Assembly (NCBI GenBank): GCA_963741255.1
Contig: CAVUHM010000005.1
Coordinates: 32,750 to 96,749 of the forward strand
DNA from: an uncultured Gammaproteobacteria bacterium
GTDB taxonomy: Bacteria; Pseudomonadota; Gammaproteobacteria; Steroidobacterales; Rariloculaceae
Length of the DNA: 64,000 nt
Direction of reading: 5' to 3'
Shown here: one piece after another, positions 10,014 through 19,079 of the stretch
Layout: each line of letters opens with the position of its first letter
Numbering within the stretch: the stretch's first letter is position 1
Position numbers and translations under genes: made by a program
Notes under the pieces: generated by a model
Seen by the model: the letters and a program-made list of their open reading frames with translations, nothing else
Database searches by the model: none
What the model was told of the DNA's origin: nothing

Positions 10014-11633
10014 ATGACGGTCCGGGCGGCTGCTCTGGCATTGGCCCTGCTCGGCGCGGCAGCGACCGCGGCCGGTCAATCGCTGCTCGAAGCCGCGGAG
10101 GCCGGCGACCACGACGCGGCACTCGCCGCGTTGAAAGCGGGCGGCGACGTCGATGCGCGTGGACCGGACGGAACGACGGCGCTGATTTGGGCCGCGTACA
10201 ACGCTGATGCAACGCTCGTCGAGAAGCTGGTCGACGCCGGTGCTGATGCGAACGCGAAGAACGCGTTCGGCGCTTCGGCGCTATCCGAGGCTGCGATCGG
10301 CGGCTACGCGGACGTGATCGCGGCGCTGCTCGAGGGTGGCGCGGACGCCAACATCACGAATCCCGAAGGCGAGACACCGTTGATGGCCGTGGCGCGCACC
10401 GGCCACGTCGAGGCGGCCACGCTGCTGCTCGACGCTGGCGCGGACGTGAACGCGATCGAGCTCTGGGGACAGCAAAGCGCACTGATGTGGGCCGCGGCAC
10501 AGAAGCAGCCGGAGATGATCAAGCTGCTGATCGCGCGCGGCGCGAACGTCGACGCTCGTGGCGCCGTCCGCAACTGGGAGCGCAAGGTCATCAAGGAGCC
10601 GCGCCCGAAGGACATGAATCAGGGCGGCTTCACGCCGCTGTTGTACGCGGCGCGCGAAGGGTGCATCGACTGCGCGCGCGAGCTCGTGGCGGGCGGGGCG
10701 GATCTGAACTTGCCGGACCCGCATCGCGTGACGCCTCTGATCATGGCGCTCTTGAACCTGCACTTCGATTTCGCTGCGTACTTGATCGAAGCCGGCGCCG
10801 ACGTGAACAAGTGGGATCTCTACGGCCGCTCGCCGCTGTACATGGCCGTGGATACGAGCACGATTCCTGTGCAAGGCAACGGCTCGATGGTCGTGTTGCC
10901 GAGCATGGATAAGCTGCAGGCCATCGACGTCGCCCGCCTGTTGCTCGACAGCGGTGCGAACGTCAACGCGCAGCTGAAGCGCCGGCCGCCGTACCGCAAC
11001 GTGCCGCAGGATCGCGGCGGCGACTCGATCCTATCGATGGGCGCCACGCCGTTGCTGCGTGCCGCGCGCGCCGGCGACACGCCGATGGTGAAATTGTTGA
11101 TCGAGCGCGGCGCGCTCGTGGACCTGCCGAGCAATCAGGGCGTCACGCCGCTGATGGCCGCCGCGGGCGTCGAGTACGGTCTGCGCGTCACGCGCGGCCG
11201 CAATCGGACCGAGGAAGGCGTGCTGACGACGATGCGTGCGCTGCTCGATGCCGGCGCCGACATCAACGCGCGGATGCTCGTGGAGCCGCAGGGCGACGCC
11301 GCGGCACACCTGCTCGTGATCGAGCAGCGTCTCTCCGACTATCGTTACGACTACCGCGGCCGGCAGGTGCCGAGCGCGCGCGCAATCCCGCATCGAACGG
11401 CGCTGCACGGCGCCGCGATGAAGGGGTTCACGCCGATCGTGAAGTTCTTGGCCGAGAACGGCGCGGACCTGTACGCGAAGGACGCGAACGGGCGGACGGC
11501 GCTCGACCTCGCCGAGGGCAACTACAACGAGCAGTTCCTGCGCCAGGCCGCGGAGCCGCACGAGGAGACCGCCGCGGTCCTGCGCGAGCTGATGGCCGCG
11601 CACCCGCCGCCCGCCCAACTCTCCGCCAACTGA
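10014..11633 (+). CDS. Secreted ankyrin-repeat protein
   Basis: Intact 539-aa ORF that starts 3 nt after the DUF1552 stop. Has a signal peptide and many ANK units (GxTALxWAAxxGxxxxVxxLLxxGADVNA). Confidence 0.9.
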   Translation: MTVRAAALALALLGAAATAAGQSLLEAAEAGDHDAALAALKAGGDVDARGPDGTTALIWAAYNADATLVEKLVDAGADANAKNAFGASALSEAAIGGYADVIAALLEGGADANITNPEGETPLMAVARTGHVEAATLLLDAGADVNAIELWGQQSALMWAAAQKQPEMIKLLIARGANVDARGAVRNWERKVIKEPRPKDMNQGGFTPLLYAAREGCIDCARELVAGGADLNLPDPHRVTPLIMALLNLHFDFAAYLIEAGADVNKWDLYGRSPLYMAVDTSTIPVQGNGSMVVLPSMDKLQAIDVARLLLDSGANVNAQLKRRPPYRNVPQDRGGDSILSMGATPLLRAARAGDTPMVKLLIERGALVDLPSNQGVTPLMAAAGVEYGLRVTRGRNRTEEGVLTTMRALLDAGADINARMLVEPQGDAAAHLLVIEQRLSDYRYDYRGRQVPSARAIPHRTALHGAAMKGFTPIVKFLAENGADLYAKDANGRTALDLAEGNYNEQFLRQAAEPHEETAAVLRELMAAHPPPAQLSAN

Positions 11634-11650
11634 CACGCGCCGCGAGAATT

Positions 11651-11725
11651 AGGTGCCGGTGTTACGGTTTCGGTTGAACCGAAGTGCCGGTGTTTCGGTT
11701 GAACCGAACCGTAACACCGGCACCT
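11651..11725. repeat. REP/REPIN-like nested palindromic element, copy 2 (75 bp)
   Basis: AGGTGCCGGTGTTACGGTTTCGGTTGAACCGAAGTGCCGGTGTTTCGGTTGAACCGAACCGTAACACCGGCACCT. The outer 19-bp arms are perfectly complementary (11651-11669 with 11707-11725). The inner palindrome TCGGTTGAACCGA occurs twice. The element lies 18 nt after the ankyrin stop codon. Confidence 0.9.
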
Positions 11726-11797
11726 CTTGACGCGCGTCGCATTCGGACCACCGAACCGCGTGGTAAATTGCGGCCGGGTCCCAAGGGGAGCACCACC

Positions 11798-12163
11798 ATG
11801 ATGAGAGCTCTGACGTTATTGGCCGCCGCTCTGGCGTGCGGATGTGTGTCGTACAAACCGGTGCCGCTGACGAACGGTGTTCTGCCGCGCGGCGCCGTGC
11901 TGGTCGGCGATGATGTGCGCGTTGTGAAGCGCGACGGCGAAGCACAGCGATTCAGAGTTGCAGGCGTCGAGAACGGCGTGCTGACCTCTTCGGACGGCGA
12001 GACCATCAACCCTGCGGACCTCACGGTTCTCGAGCGGAAGACCACCGATAAGAAGGCCACGATCATCACGCTCAGCGTGATCGGCGGTGTGATCCTGACC
12101 GGACTCGTGCTCGAGGAGATCGACGATTGCGAGGACGATCCGTTCTGCGACGACTACTATTGA
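11798..12163 (+). CDS. Small putative lipoprotein or membrane-anchored protein
   Basis: Internal ATG of ORF 11684-12163, preceded by an AAGGGGAG RBS. N-terminus MMRALTLLAAALACGC, a C-terminal TM segment (IITLSVIGGVILTGLVL) and an acidic Cys-containing tail. The ORF-track start at 11684 lies inside the repeat element. Confidence 0.6.
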   Translation: MMRALTLLAAALACGCVSYKPVPLTNGVLPRGAVLVGDDVRVVKRDGEAQRFRVAGVENGVLTSSDGETINPADLTVLERKTTDKKATIITLSVIGGVILTGLVLEEIDDCEDDPFCDDYY

Positions 12164-12206
12164 GAGGCTGGCGCACGACGCCGGTATCCGCGAAGGGGGA
12201 GCATCG

Positions 12207-13067
12207 ATGCGCGAATTGTCCCGGTGGGCCCGGCCCATCGGCCTGGTGTGGGTCGTCGTAGCTGCGACCGGCAGGGCCGAGCTCACGAACGAAGCCGCGC
12301 CCGTGATCGTCGGGCATTACCACCTGAACGTCACGAGCGTCGCGGACCACCGGAAGTTCTGGGTCGACACGCTCGGCGGCAAGGCCGTCAAGGTTGGAAC
12401 CGTCGACGCGATCGAGTTTCCGGACGTCTACCTGCTGTTGCACGTGCAAACGCCGAGCGGGCCGACGCGCGGCACGACGTTCGACCACATCGGGTTCGCG
12501 GTCCCGGACGTGCCGGCGCTCACGACGAAGGTCGTGGCGAACGGCTATGCGCTGACCGTGGGGCGCGAGCCCGCGCCGAGCGAAACCGCGAGCCCGCCGA
12601 CGGCCGGTAACTACGGCCGATTCTCGTACCTGGTCGGGCCCGACGGCGTGAAGGTCGAGCTCGTCACGAATGCCGACGCCGGTGCGCCGCCGATCAAGCA
12701 CCACCACGTGCACTTCGTGAACCGTGACTTCGTCGCGATGCAGCAGTGGTACATGAAGGCATTCAACGCGACGCTGCGCGAAGGGCAGACGGACTTCTTC
12801 ATCGGCGCGGACCTGCCCGGCGTCGGGTACATGCTGAACTTCTTCAGCTGGCTGCCGACCGAGAATTTGGTCGGGACCGCCGGCCGCGCGGTCGACCACG
12901 TGGGCTTCGAGGTCCGGGATCTCGAAGCGTTCTGCGAGGAGCTCGAGCGGAAGGGGATCGCGCTGACGGCGCCGTATCGCCGCGAAGACGAGACCGGCCT
13001 GGCCGTCGCAACGCTGACGGATCCTTGGGGCACTGTCGTGGAGTTGACGGAGGGTCTGCGCGATTGA
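12207..13067 (+). CDS. Exported two-domain VOC (glyoxalase/dioxygenase-fold) protein
   Basis: Intact 286-aa ORF with a signal-like N-terminus. Two VOC-like modules (HYHLNV...FDHIGFAVPD and HHVHFV...VDHVGFEVRD). Confidence 0.75.
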   Translation: MRELSRWARPIGLVWVVVAATGRAELTNEAAPVIVGHYHLNVTSVADHRKFWVDTLGGKAVKVGTVDAIEFPDVYLLLHVQTPSGPTRGTTFDHIGFAVPDVPALTTKVVANGYALTVGREPAPSETASPPTAGNYGRFSYLVGPDGVKVELVTNADAGAPPIKHHHVHFVNRDFVAMQQWYMKAFNATLREGQTDFFIGADLPGVGYMLNFFSWLPTENLVGTAGRAVDHVGFEVRDLEAFCEELERKGIALTAPYRREDETGLAVATLTDPWGTVVELTEGLRD

Positions 13068-13194
13068 ATGCGCCGCGCGGCGTGCGTGATCCGCGTCATG
13101 CTCGGCCCGTGCGGAATGAGACGCGCGCAGGGGCTCGCGGCACGTGGGCGCGGCTATCCTCCGGAAGCGAGGTCTTTCGATCCTGAGGTAGGGC

Positions 13195-15072
13195 ATGGCT
13201 GGCAAGAAATCGGGGGCGGCAAAGAGCGGCGCGCGCAAGCGCGTGCCGGCCAGTGCTGCGCGTGATACGGCCGCCGCCCCGCGGCCCAAAGTTCCGGCCG
13301 ACAACGAGATGCAGGTGCAAGTCGAGCGGCTGCTCACGCCCGACACGGAGACGGCCCGGCTGCTCGCGGAGATCGAGCGCCTGCGCGAGAGCGAAGATCG
13401 GTTCGCCTCGACGATGGCGTTGGCGGCGATCGGGATCTCGCACGTCGACGACGCCGGGCGATTCCTGTACGTGAACCCACAGCTGTGCGCGATGTTGGGC
13501 TATACCGAGCAAGAGTTGCTCGCCCGCAGCGTCAAGGAGATCTCGCACGCGGACGATCTCGATACCACCGTAGCCTTGTCCACGCAGTTGCGCGACGGAA
13601 CGATTCCGTCGTTCAAGATCGAGAAGCGCTACCTGCGCAAGGACGGGACGACGATGTGGGCCGGTCTCACGATCGCGCTGAAACGCGATCGCGAGGGCCG
13701 CAAGCTCTACGACGTGTCGGTCGTCGAGGATATCTCGGCGCGCAAGGAGGCGGAGCAACGCGTCCAGTACCTCGCGAGCCACGATGCGCTGACGAATCTG
13801 CCGAATCGGGCGACCTTCTCCGAGCTGCTGAATGCCGCGTGTGCGACGGCGCGTCGTTACGACCGCAGGTTCGCGGTGCTATTCGTGGATCTCGATCGTT
13901 TCAAGTTCATCAATGACACACTCGGGCACGACGCGGGTGACATCGTATTGCGCGAAGCGGCCTCGCGCTTGCGCCGCTGCGTGCGGAGCAGCGACATCGT
14001 GGCGCGGCTCGGCGGGGACGAGTTCGTCGTGCTCCTGCAGGAGACCGGCGACCCCGCGGTAGCTACGCGAATTGCCGACAACATCCTCGCGTCCTTGGGC
14101 CGGCCCATCGAGATCGGTGGTCGTTCGTGTGCCGTGGGTGCGAGCATCGGCATCTGTCTGCATCCGGACGGCGCGCAAGAAGACCACGCCGTGCTCAAGA
14201 ATGCCGACGTCGCCATGTACTTGGCGAAGCAGGCGGGCAAGAACACCTGCCGCGTCTATATGAACGAGCTCGGGGAGCTCGCGGCCGAGCGGCGGGCGCT
14301 CGAGACGCACTTGAAGGGTGCGCTCGCCCGCACCGAGCTCGCGTTGCGCTATGAGCGCGTATTGAACCCTGCGACGCACGGCGTCGTCGCCGTCGAAGCC
14401 GGAATCGTGTGGACGAGCCCCGAGCTCGGCATCGTGCCCGCGGAAAAATGGCTGGCCGTGGCCGAGAGCTCGGGGCTCATCGTGCCGATCAATCGGTGGG
14501 CGCTGCGAACCGCGTGCGAGGAGGCTGCGGCGTGGGAACGAACCGGGCTGCCGACCACGCGCGTCGCGGTTCGCGTGTGTCACGCTCAAGTCCAGGACGA
14601 TGGATTCGTTGGCGACGTGCGCGATGCGCTGGAGCGGAGCGGGCTCGCGCCGAATAGGCTCGAGCTGGATGTGACCGAGAGCGTGGTTCTGGGTAATCCC
14701 GAGCGCGCGACAGCGGCGCTTGCGGGCATCAAGGCGCTCGGAGTCGTGATCGGATTCACCGGTTTCGGCATGGGTCGAGCGGCACTCGCGGACTTGAAGC
14801 GGTTCCCGATATCCGTGCTGAAGGTCAGTGGCGAGCGCTTGCGCGGCGTCGCAATGGACATCGAGAAGCAGGCCTATGCGGAGGGCATCGTCGCACTCGG
14901 GAAGGCGCTCGGTTTCACGATCGTCGCGAGCGGTATCGTGAGCGCCATGGACGCCGATTGGCTCTCGGTGCTGGGTTGCGCCGCGGTGCAGGGGCCGTTC
15001 TGCGGCGCCGCGATCGAGGCGGGTGCCTGTGCCGCGCTGCTCAGCGAGCCTGCCGTTCAACACGCGCCCTAG
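13195..15072 (+). CDS. PAS-GGDEF-EAL protein with intact cyclase motifs and a degenerate EAL domain
   Basis: Intact 625-aa ORF. PAS region ESEDRFASTMALAAIGISHVD. The I-site RSSD lies five residues before GGDEF. The EAL-domain catalytic positions are replaced: EAG for EAL, VRVC for VNLS, TGFGMGRA for DDFGTGYS, KVS for KID and SGIV for EGVE. Confidence 0.9.
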   Translation: MAGKKSGAAKSGARKRVPASAARDTAAAPRPKVPADNEMQVQVERLLTPDTETARLLAEIERLRESEDRFASTMALAAIGISHVDDAGRFLYVNPQLCAMLGYTEQELLARSVKEISHADDLDTTVALSTQLRDGTIPSFKIEKRYLRKDGTTMWAGLTIALKRDREGRKLYDVSVVEDISARKEAEQRVQYLASHDALTNLPNRATFSELLNAACATARRYDRRFAVLFVDLDRFKFINDTLGHDAGDIVLREAASRLRRCVRSSDIVARLGGDEFVVLLQETGDPAVATRIADNILASLGRPIEIGGRSCAVGASIGICLHPDGAQEDHAVLKNADVAMYLAKQAGKNTCRVYMNELGELAAERRALETHLKGALARTELALRYERVLNPATHGVVAVEAGIVWTSPELGIVPAEKWLAVAESSGLIVPINRWALRTACEEAAAWERTGLPTTRVAVRVCHAQVQDDGFVGDVRDALERSGLAPNRLELDVTESVVLGNPERATAALAGIKALGVVIGFTGFGMGRAALADLKRFPISVLKVSGERLRGVAMDIEKQAYAEGIVALGKALGFTIVASGIVSAMDADWLSVLGCAAVQGPFCGAAIEAGACAALLSEPAVQHAP

Positions 15073-15896
15073 TGGCACTTGGTCGAACGGCGCTCACGCG
15101 CAAGCAGCGACGCTGGGCCGACCTCAACGGCATCCCTTATGACGCGCGTGGCTTCGTTAAGGAGCTCGCTCAAAACCTGCGAGCGCCGTTGACGGAGGCC
15201 GCGCTCGCGGAACACAAGCGCGGATCGGAGCTGACGGCCACTCTCACACGGCCGCCGCGAATGCACTCGCTGACCTCGTCCGCGGCGCTCGTCGAGAATT
15301 TTTTCGGGTGGTGGCGGGACCACGACTTGAGCGGGCTCGTCGCCGCGCTCGGTCTCGACGAGGGCGACGGTGCGCGTTTGACGTTGGAAGAACCGCTGCC
15401 GACGGGCCTCGCCGGCGATCCGCCGCTCGTCGACGTCGCGTTGCGGTGGCCCAATGGCCGCCTCGTCGCCATCGAGAGCAAGCTCAGTGAGTGGCTCGTG
15501 CGGCGGCCGCGGAACAAGAGCGTGTTCAAGGACAAGTACTTTCCGCCCGCGCCGGTGTGGTCTGCCGCGGGGCTGGCTCGTTGCCAGGCGCTCGCCGACG
15601 ATCTGCAGCGAGGCCGCGAGCGGCCGAAACTGTTGCACGCGGCGCAGCTGCTGAAGCACGCGCTCGGCTTGGCGAAGAGCGGCGCTTTGAAGTGCACTTT
15701 GGTGTACCTCTACTTCGACTGCCCGGGCCGCGAGGCCGCGACGCATCGCGGCGAGCTCGAGCGGATCGTGGCGCGCGTCGTCCCCGAGATCGACTTGCGT
15801 GTCATGACGTACCAAGACGTCTATCGCGCGCTGCACGCGACCGCCGGCGTAGACCCCGACTATCTCGGTTATCTCGGCGCGCGCTACTTCGACTGA
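15072..15896 (+). CDS. Hypothetical protein with a PD-(D/E)XK nuclease-like motif
   Basis: In frame within ORF 14958-15896. The GTG at 15072 overlaps the upstream TAG by 1 nt (TAGTG). The candidate motif is PLVDVALRWPNGRLVAIESKLSEW (D ... E-S-K), preceded by SLTSSAALVENFF. No other family was recognised. Confidence 0.55.
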   Translation: MALGRTALTRKQRRWADLNGIPYDARGFVKELAQNLRAPLTEAALAEHKRGSELTATLTRPPRMHSLTSSAALVENFFGWWRDHDLSGLVAALGLDEGDGARLTLEEPLPTGLAGDPPLVDVALRWPNGRLVAIESKLSEWLVRRPRNKSVFKDKYFPPAPVWSAAGLARCQALADDLQRGRERPKLLHAAQLLKHALGLAKSGALKCTLVYLYFDCPGREAATHRGELERIVARVVPEIDLRVMTYQDVYRALHATAGVDPDYLGYLGARYFD

Positions 15897-15981
15897 CGCC
15901 TGGCACGGCGTGCGCCCGAAGGTGCGCATCGCTTACCATTGCGGCCCTTAGATCCCCCGCGGAACGCTTCGAGGTGGCGCC

Positions 15982-18233
15982 GTGAATAGCCTTTACGTGA
16001 CCACGCCGGCCGGTACCGCGGAGCTCGCCGGGACGAGCTGACGTCGTTCGGCGCGACCGAGGTCAAGGTGTCGCGTGGCGGCGTCGCCTGCACGTCGTCG
16101 CTCGAGCAAGCGTATCGCGCGTGCCTGTGGTCTCGCGTCGCGAATCGCGTGCTACTCCCGATCGCGGAGTTCGCGGCCCCGACCCCCGAGGCGCTGTACG
16201 AAGGTACACGCACCGTGGCGTGGAGCGATCATCTTGGCACCGACGACACGTTGGCCGTCGATTGCACGAGCAGTCGGTCCGCGATCACGCATACGCAATA
16301 CGCTGCGCTGAAGGTCAAGGATGCCATCGTCGATCAGTTTCGCGAGCAGTCCGGAAGCCGGCCGTCCGTCGACGTGGCCGCTCCCGACGTGCGGGTGAAT
16401 CTGCACCTCGACCGCGACGTCGCGACGCTTTCGATCGACCTCTCCGGCGAGAGCCTGCACCGGCGCGGCTATCGCGGGCCGCAGGGTGCGGCGCCGCTCA
16501 AAGAGAACCTCGCGGCCGCGATCCTGCTGCGCTCGGGCTGGCCCAAGCTCGTTGCGACGACGGAGGGCCCGCTCGGCTTCGTCGATCCGATGTGCGGCGC
16601 TGGCAGCCTCACGATCGAGGCCGCACTGATCGCGGCCGACGTCGCACCCGGCGTGCTCCGGAACTACTTCGGGTTCCTGGGTTGGCGCGGGCACGATGAG
16701 GCGCTGTGGCAGCGCCTTTTGACGGAGGCGGCCGAGCGGCGCGCCGCGGCGCGCGTCGACCGCATCGCATTCCGCGCCTACGACCGCGACGCCGCGGCCG
16801 TGCGCGCGACTCTCGAGAACGCGACCCGTGCGGGCTTCGCGAAGGTCATTCATGCGGAGCGGCGCGAGCTCGCCGATTTGCCGCCGGCGCCGGCGCCGCA
16901 CGGTCTCGTCGCCGTGAACCCGCCGTACGGCGAGCGGCTCGGCGAAGCCGAAACGCTCGCGCCGCTGTACGCGCTGCTCGGCGAGAAGCTGAAGCAGAAT
17001 TTCGTGGGATGGCAGGCCGCGGTGTTCACGGGTAATCCGCCGCTCGGCCGCGATCTCAAGATCCGGGCGAAGCGCACGCACGTGATGTTCAACGGGCCGA
17101 TCGAGTGCCGGCTGCTCCGGTTCGACGTCGAGCCGCAGCACTTCGAGACGAAGCGAATGCCGGGCGCGTTGCCGGTATTCGACGCCGAAGCTGCGCGTGC
17201 GCGGCCCGGCGCCGCGATGTTCGCGAATCGGTTGCGTAAGAACTTCGCCTCGCTCGGCGATTGGGCGCGCCGAGAAGGTATCGCGTGCTATCGCGTCTAC
17301 GACGCGGACATGCCCGAGTACGCGTTCTCGATCGATATGTACGCTTTGGGTGTCGAGCCCGAGGCGCAGCGCTGGGTGTACGTGCAGGAGCACGCGCCGC
17401 CGAAGACCATCGAGCCCGCGAAGGCGCGCGCGCGTCGCGAAGAGGCGTTCAGCGTGCTAGCCGAGATCCTCGGCGTGCCGCCCGAGCGCGTGCACGTGCG
17501 CACGCGCCGCAAACAGAAAGGCGGCGCGCAATACGAGAAGCTCGCCGAGCGCGGCGAGTTCGACGTCGTGACGGAAGGCGGCCTCGAGCTCGAGGTGAAT
17601 TTCACCGACTACCTCGATACCGGGTTGTTCCTCGACCATCGTCCAACGCGTGCGCGCATCCGCGAGCTCGCTACAGGCAAGAGATTCTTGAACCTGTTCG
17701 CGTATACGGGCACCGCCTCGGTCTTCGCGGCCGCGGGCGGTGCGCGCTCGACGACGAGTGTCGATCTTTCGCGCACGTACATGGACTGGGCGCGCCGCAA
17801 TCTCGATCGAAACGGTTTCGACGACCAGAGCCGTCACGTGCTGTTGCAGGAGGACGCGTTACGGTGGCTCGACACGCGCACGAGCGAGCGCTACGACCTG
17901 ATCTTTCTCGATCCGCCCACCGTGTCGCGCAGCAAGCGCATGGACGCCGAGCTCGATTTGCAGCGCGACCACGTCGAGCTGATCCGGGCGACGTTGCTGA
18001 AGCTCGCGCCGGATGGGCTTCTGATCTTCTCGAACAACTTTCGCAAGTTCCGGCTCGATGCGGCCGGGCTCGCGGACCTCGACGTCAAGGACGTCACGCC
18101 TACCACGATCCCGAAGGATTTCGCGCGCAGCCCGCGGATTCATCAGTGCTTCGAGATCCGCGTGCCGCGCGGTGCGGCGCGGGCGCCGCGACCCGTGCTA
18201 TCGGTCTGGCATAAGCCGCGCGCAGAGGAATAG
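15982..18233 (+). CDS. rlmL: 23S rRNA methyltransferase RlmL/RlmKL (THUMP plus two methyltransferase domains); one frameshift near 16030
   Basis: A GTG at 15982 after GAGGTGG gives VNSLYVTTPAGTAELAG, matching the E. coli N-terminus MNSLFASTARGLEELL. The sequence then continues in ORF 16068-18233 (ACLWSRVANRVLLPIAEF ... YAALKVKDAIVDQF ... NPPYGERLG). The junction behaves as a 1-nt deletion. Confidence 0.9.
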
Positions 18234-18944
18234 CGCGAGCTCGAACAACGCGTACATCGGCACGGCGAGCAGCGTCTGCGAGAACACATCCGGCGGAGTC
18301 AGCAGCATGCCGACAACGAACGCCGTGAGTAGTACGTAAGGCCGCGCGCCTCCGAGCGTCTTGCGAGACACGAGCCCCGTCCAGACGATCGTGATGATGA
18401 CGATCGGCACCTGAAACGCGAGGCCGAACGCGAACACCATGCCGAGCGTGAAGCTCAGGAACGCGTTGATGTCGGTCATGACCTTGACGCCTGGCAGCTC
18501 GATGTTCGCGAAGAACCGGAAGACCATCGGCAGCACGAGCAGGAACGCGAACGCCGCGCCGATGTAGAACAGCGCGGCGCTCGACGCGATGAACGGCAGC
18601 GCAATCCGGCGCTTGGTGGCCGGCAGCCAGTACGCCACGAGCTTCCACAGGTGGTATAGCAGCAGCGGCATCGCGAGGAACAGCGCAACCCAGAACGTCG
18701 CCTTCATCGGCGTCAGAAATGGCGACGCGACTTGCTTGCTGATGAGGCTGGAGCCTTCCGGCATCGCTGCGATCAACGGCCCGGCGACGATGCTGAACAC
18801 TTGGTCGGCGAACGGCAGCAATGCAAGAAACACCAGCAGCAGAGTCAGGATCGCTTTGAAGGCCCGCGAGCGCAGCTCGAGCGCGCCCTTGAGCAGGCTG
18901 CGAGCCGCATTCGCGGTGTCGGGGTCGAGCGGTAGGCTGGCCAC
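18198..18944 (-). CDS. tatC: Sec-independent protein translocase subunit TatC
   Basis: C-terminal roughly 248 aa of ORF 18198-19208. Typical six-TM TatC sequence (LELRSRAFKAILTLL...ASPFLTPMKATFWVALFLAMPLLLYHLW...MLLTPPDVFSQTLLAVPMY). The GTG at 18944 was chosen because the longer ORF would overlap the divergent promoter and gene at 19046-19080. No tatA or tatB is adjacent. Confidence 0.85.
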   Translation of the reverse strand: MASLPLDPDTANAARSLLKGALELRSRAFKAILTLLLVFLALLPFADQVFSIVAGPLIAAMPEGSSLISKQVASPFLTPMKATFWVALFLAMPLLLYHLWKLVAYWLPATKRRIALPFIASSAALFYIGAAFAFLLVLPMVFRFFANIELPGVKVMTDINAFLSFTLGMVFAFGLAFQVPIVIITIVWTGLVSRKTLGGARPYVLLTAFVVGMLLTPPDVFSQTLLAVPMYALFELALFLCARLMPDR

Positions 18945-19079
18945 GGCGCCATTGTAATCGAGCCGGCGGACCGAAAAACTGCGCGAAAGCTCGCCATTCG
19001 CGGATGGTTCTGTTCGATCATTCGTTGCGATGCTGTTCGCGCGGCTTGACTGCGAGCTTTCAGCAGGGCTTATCATCCA

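Noticed and set aside
7933-10212. Very long minus-strand ORF (759 aa) opposite the DUF1592 and DUF1552 genes
   Set aside because: The sequence is Arg/Ala/Pro-rich and low in complexity, with no family resemblance. It lies antisense to two clearly homologous plus-strand genes. This is a typical high-GC shadow ORF.
11651-11725. Palindromic elements considered as tRNA-like genes, riboswitches or intrinsic terminators
   Set aside because: They have no cloverleaf or anticodon architecture and match no known riboswitch consensus. No T-tract follows the stem on either strand. Their multi-copy dispersed nature fits REP/REPIN-type repeats better.
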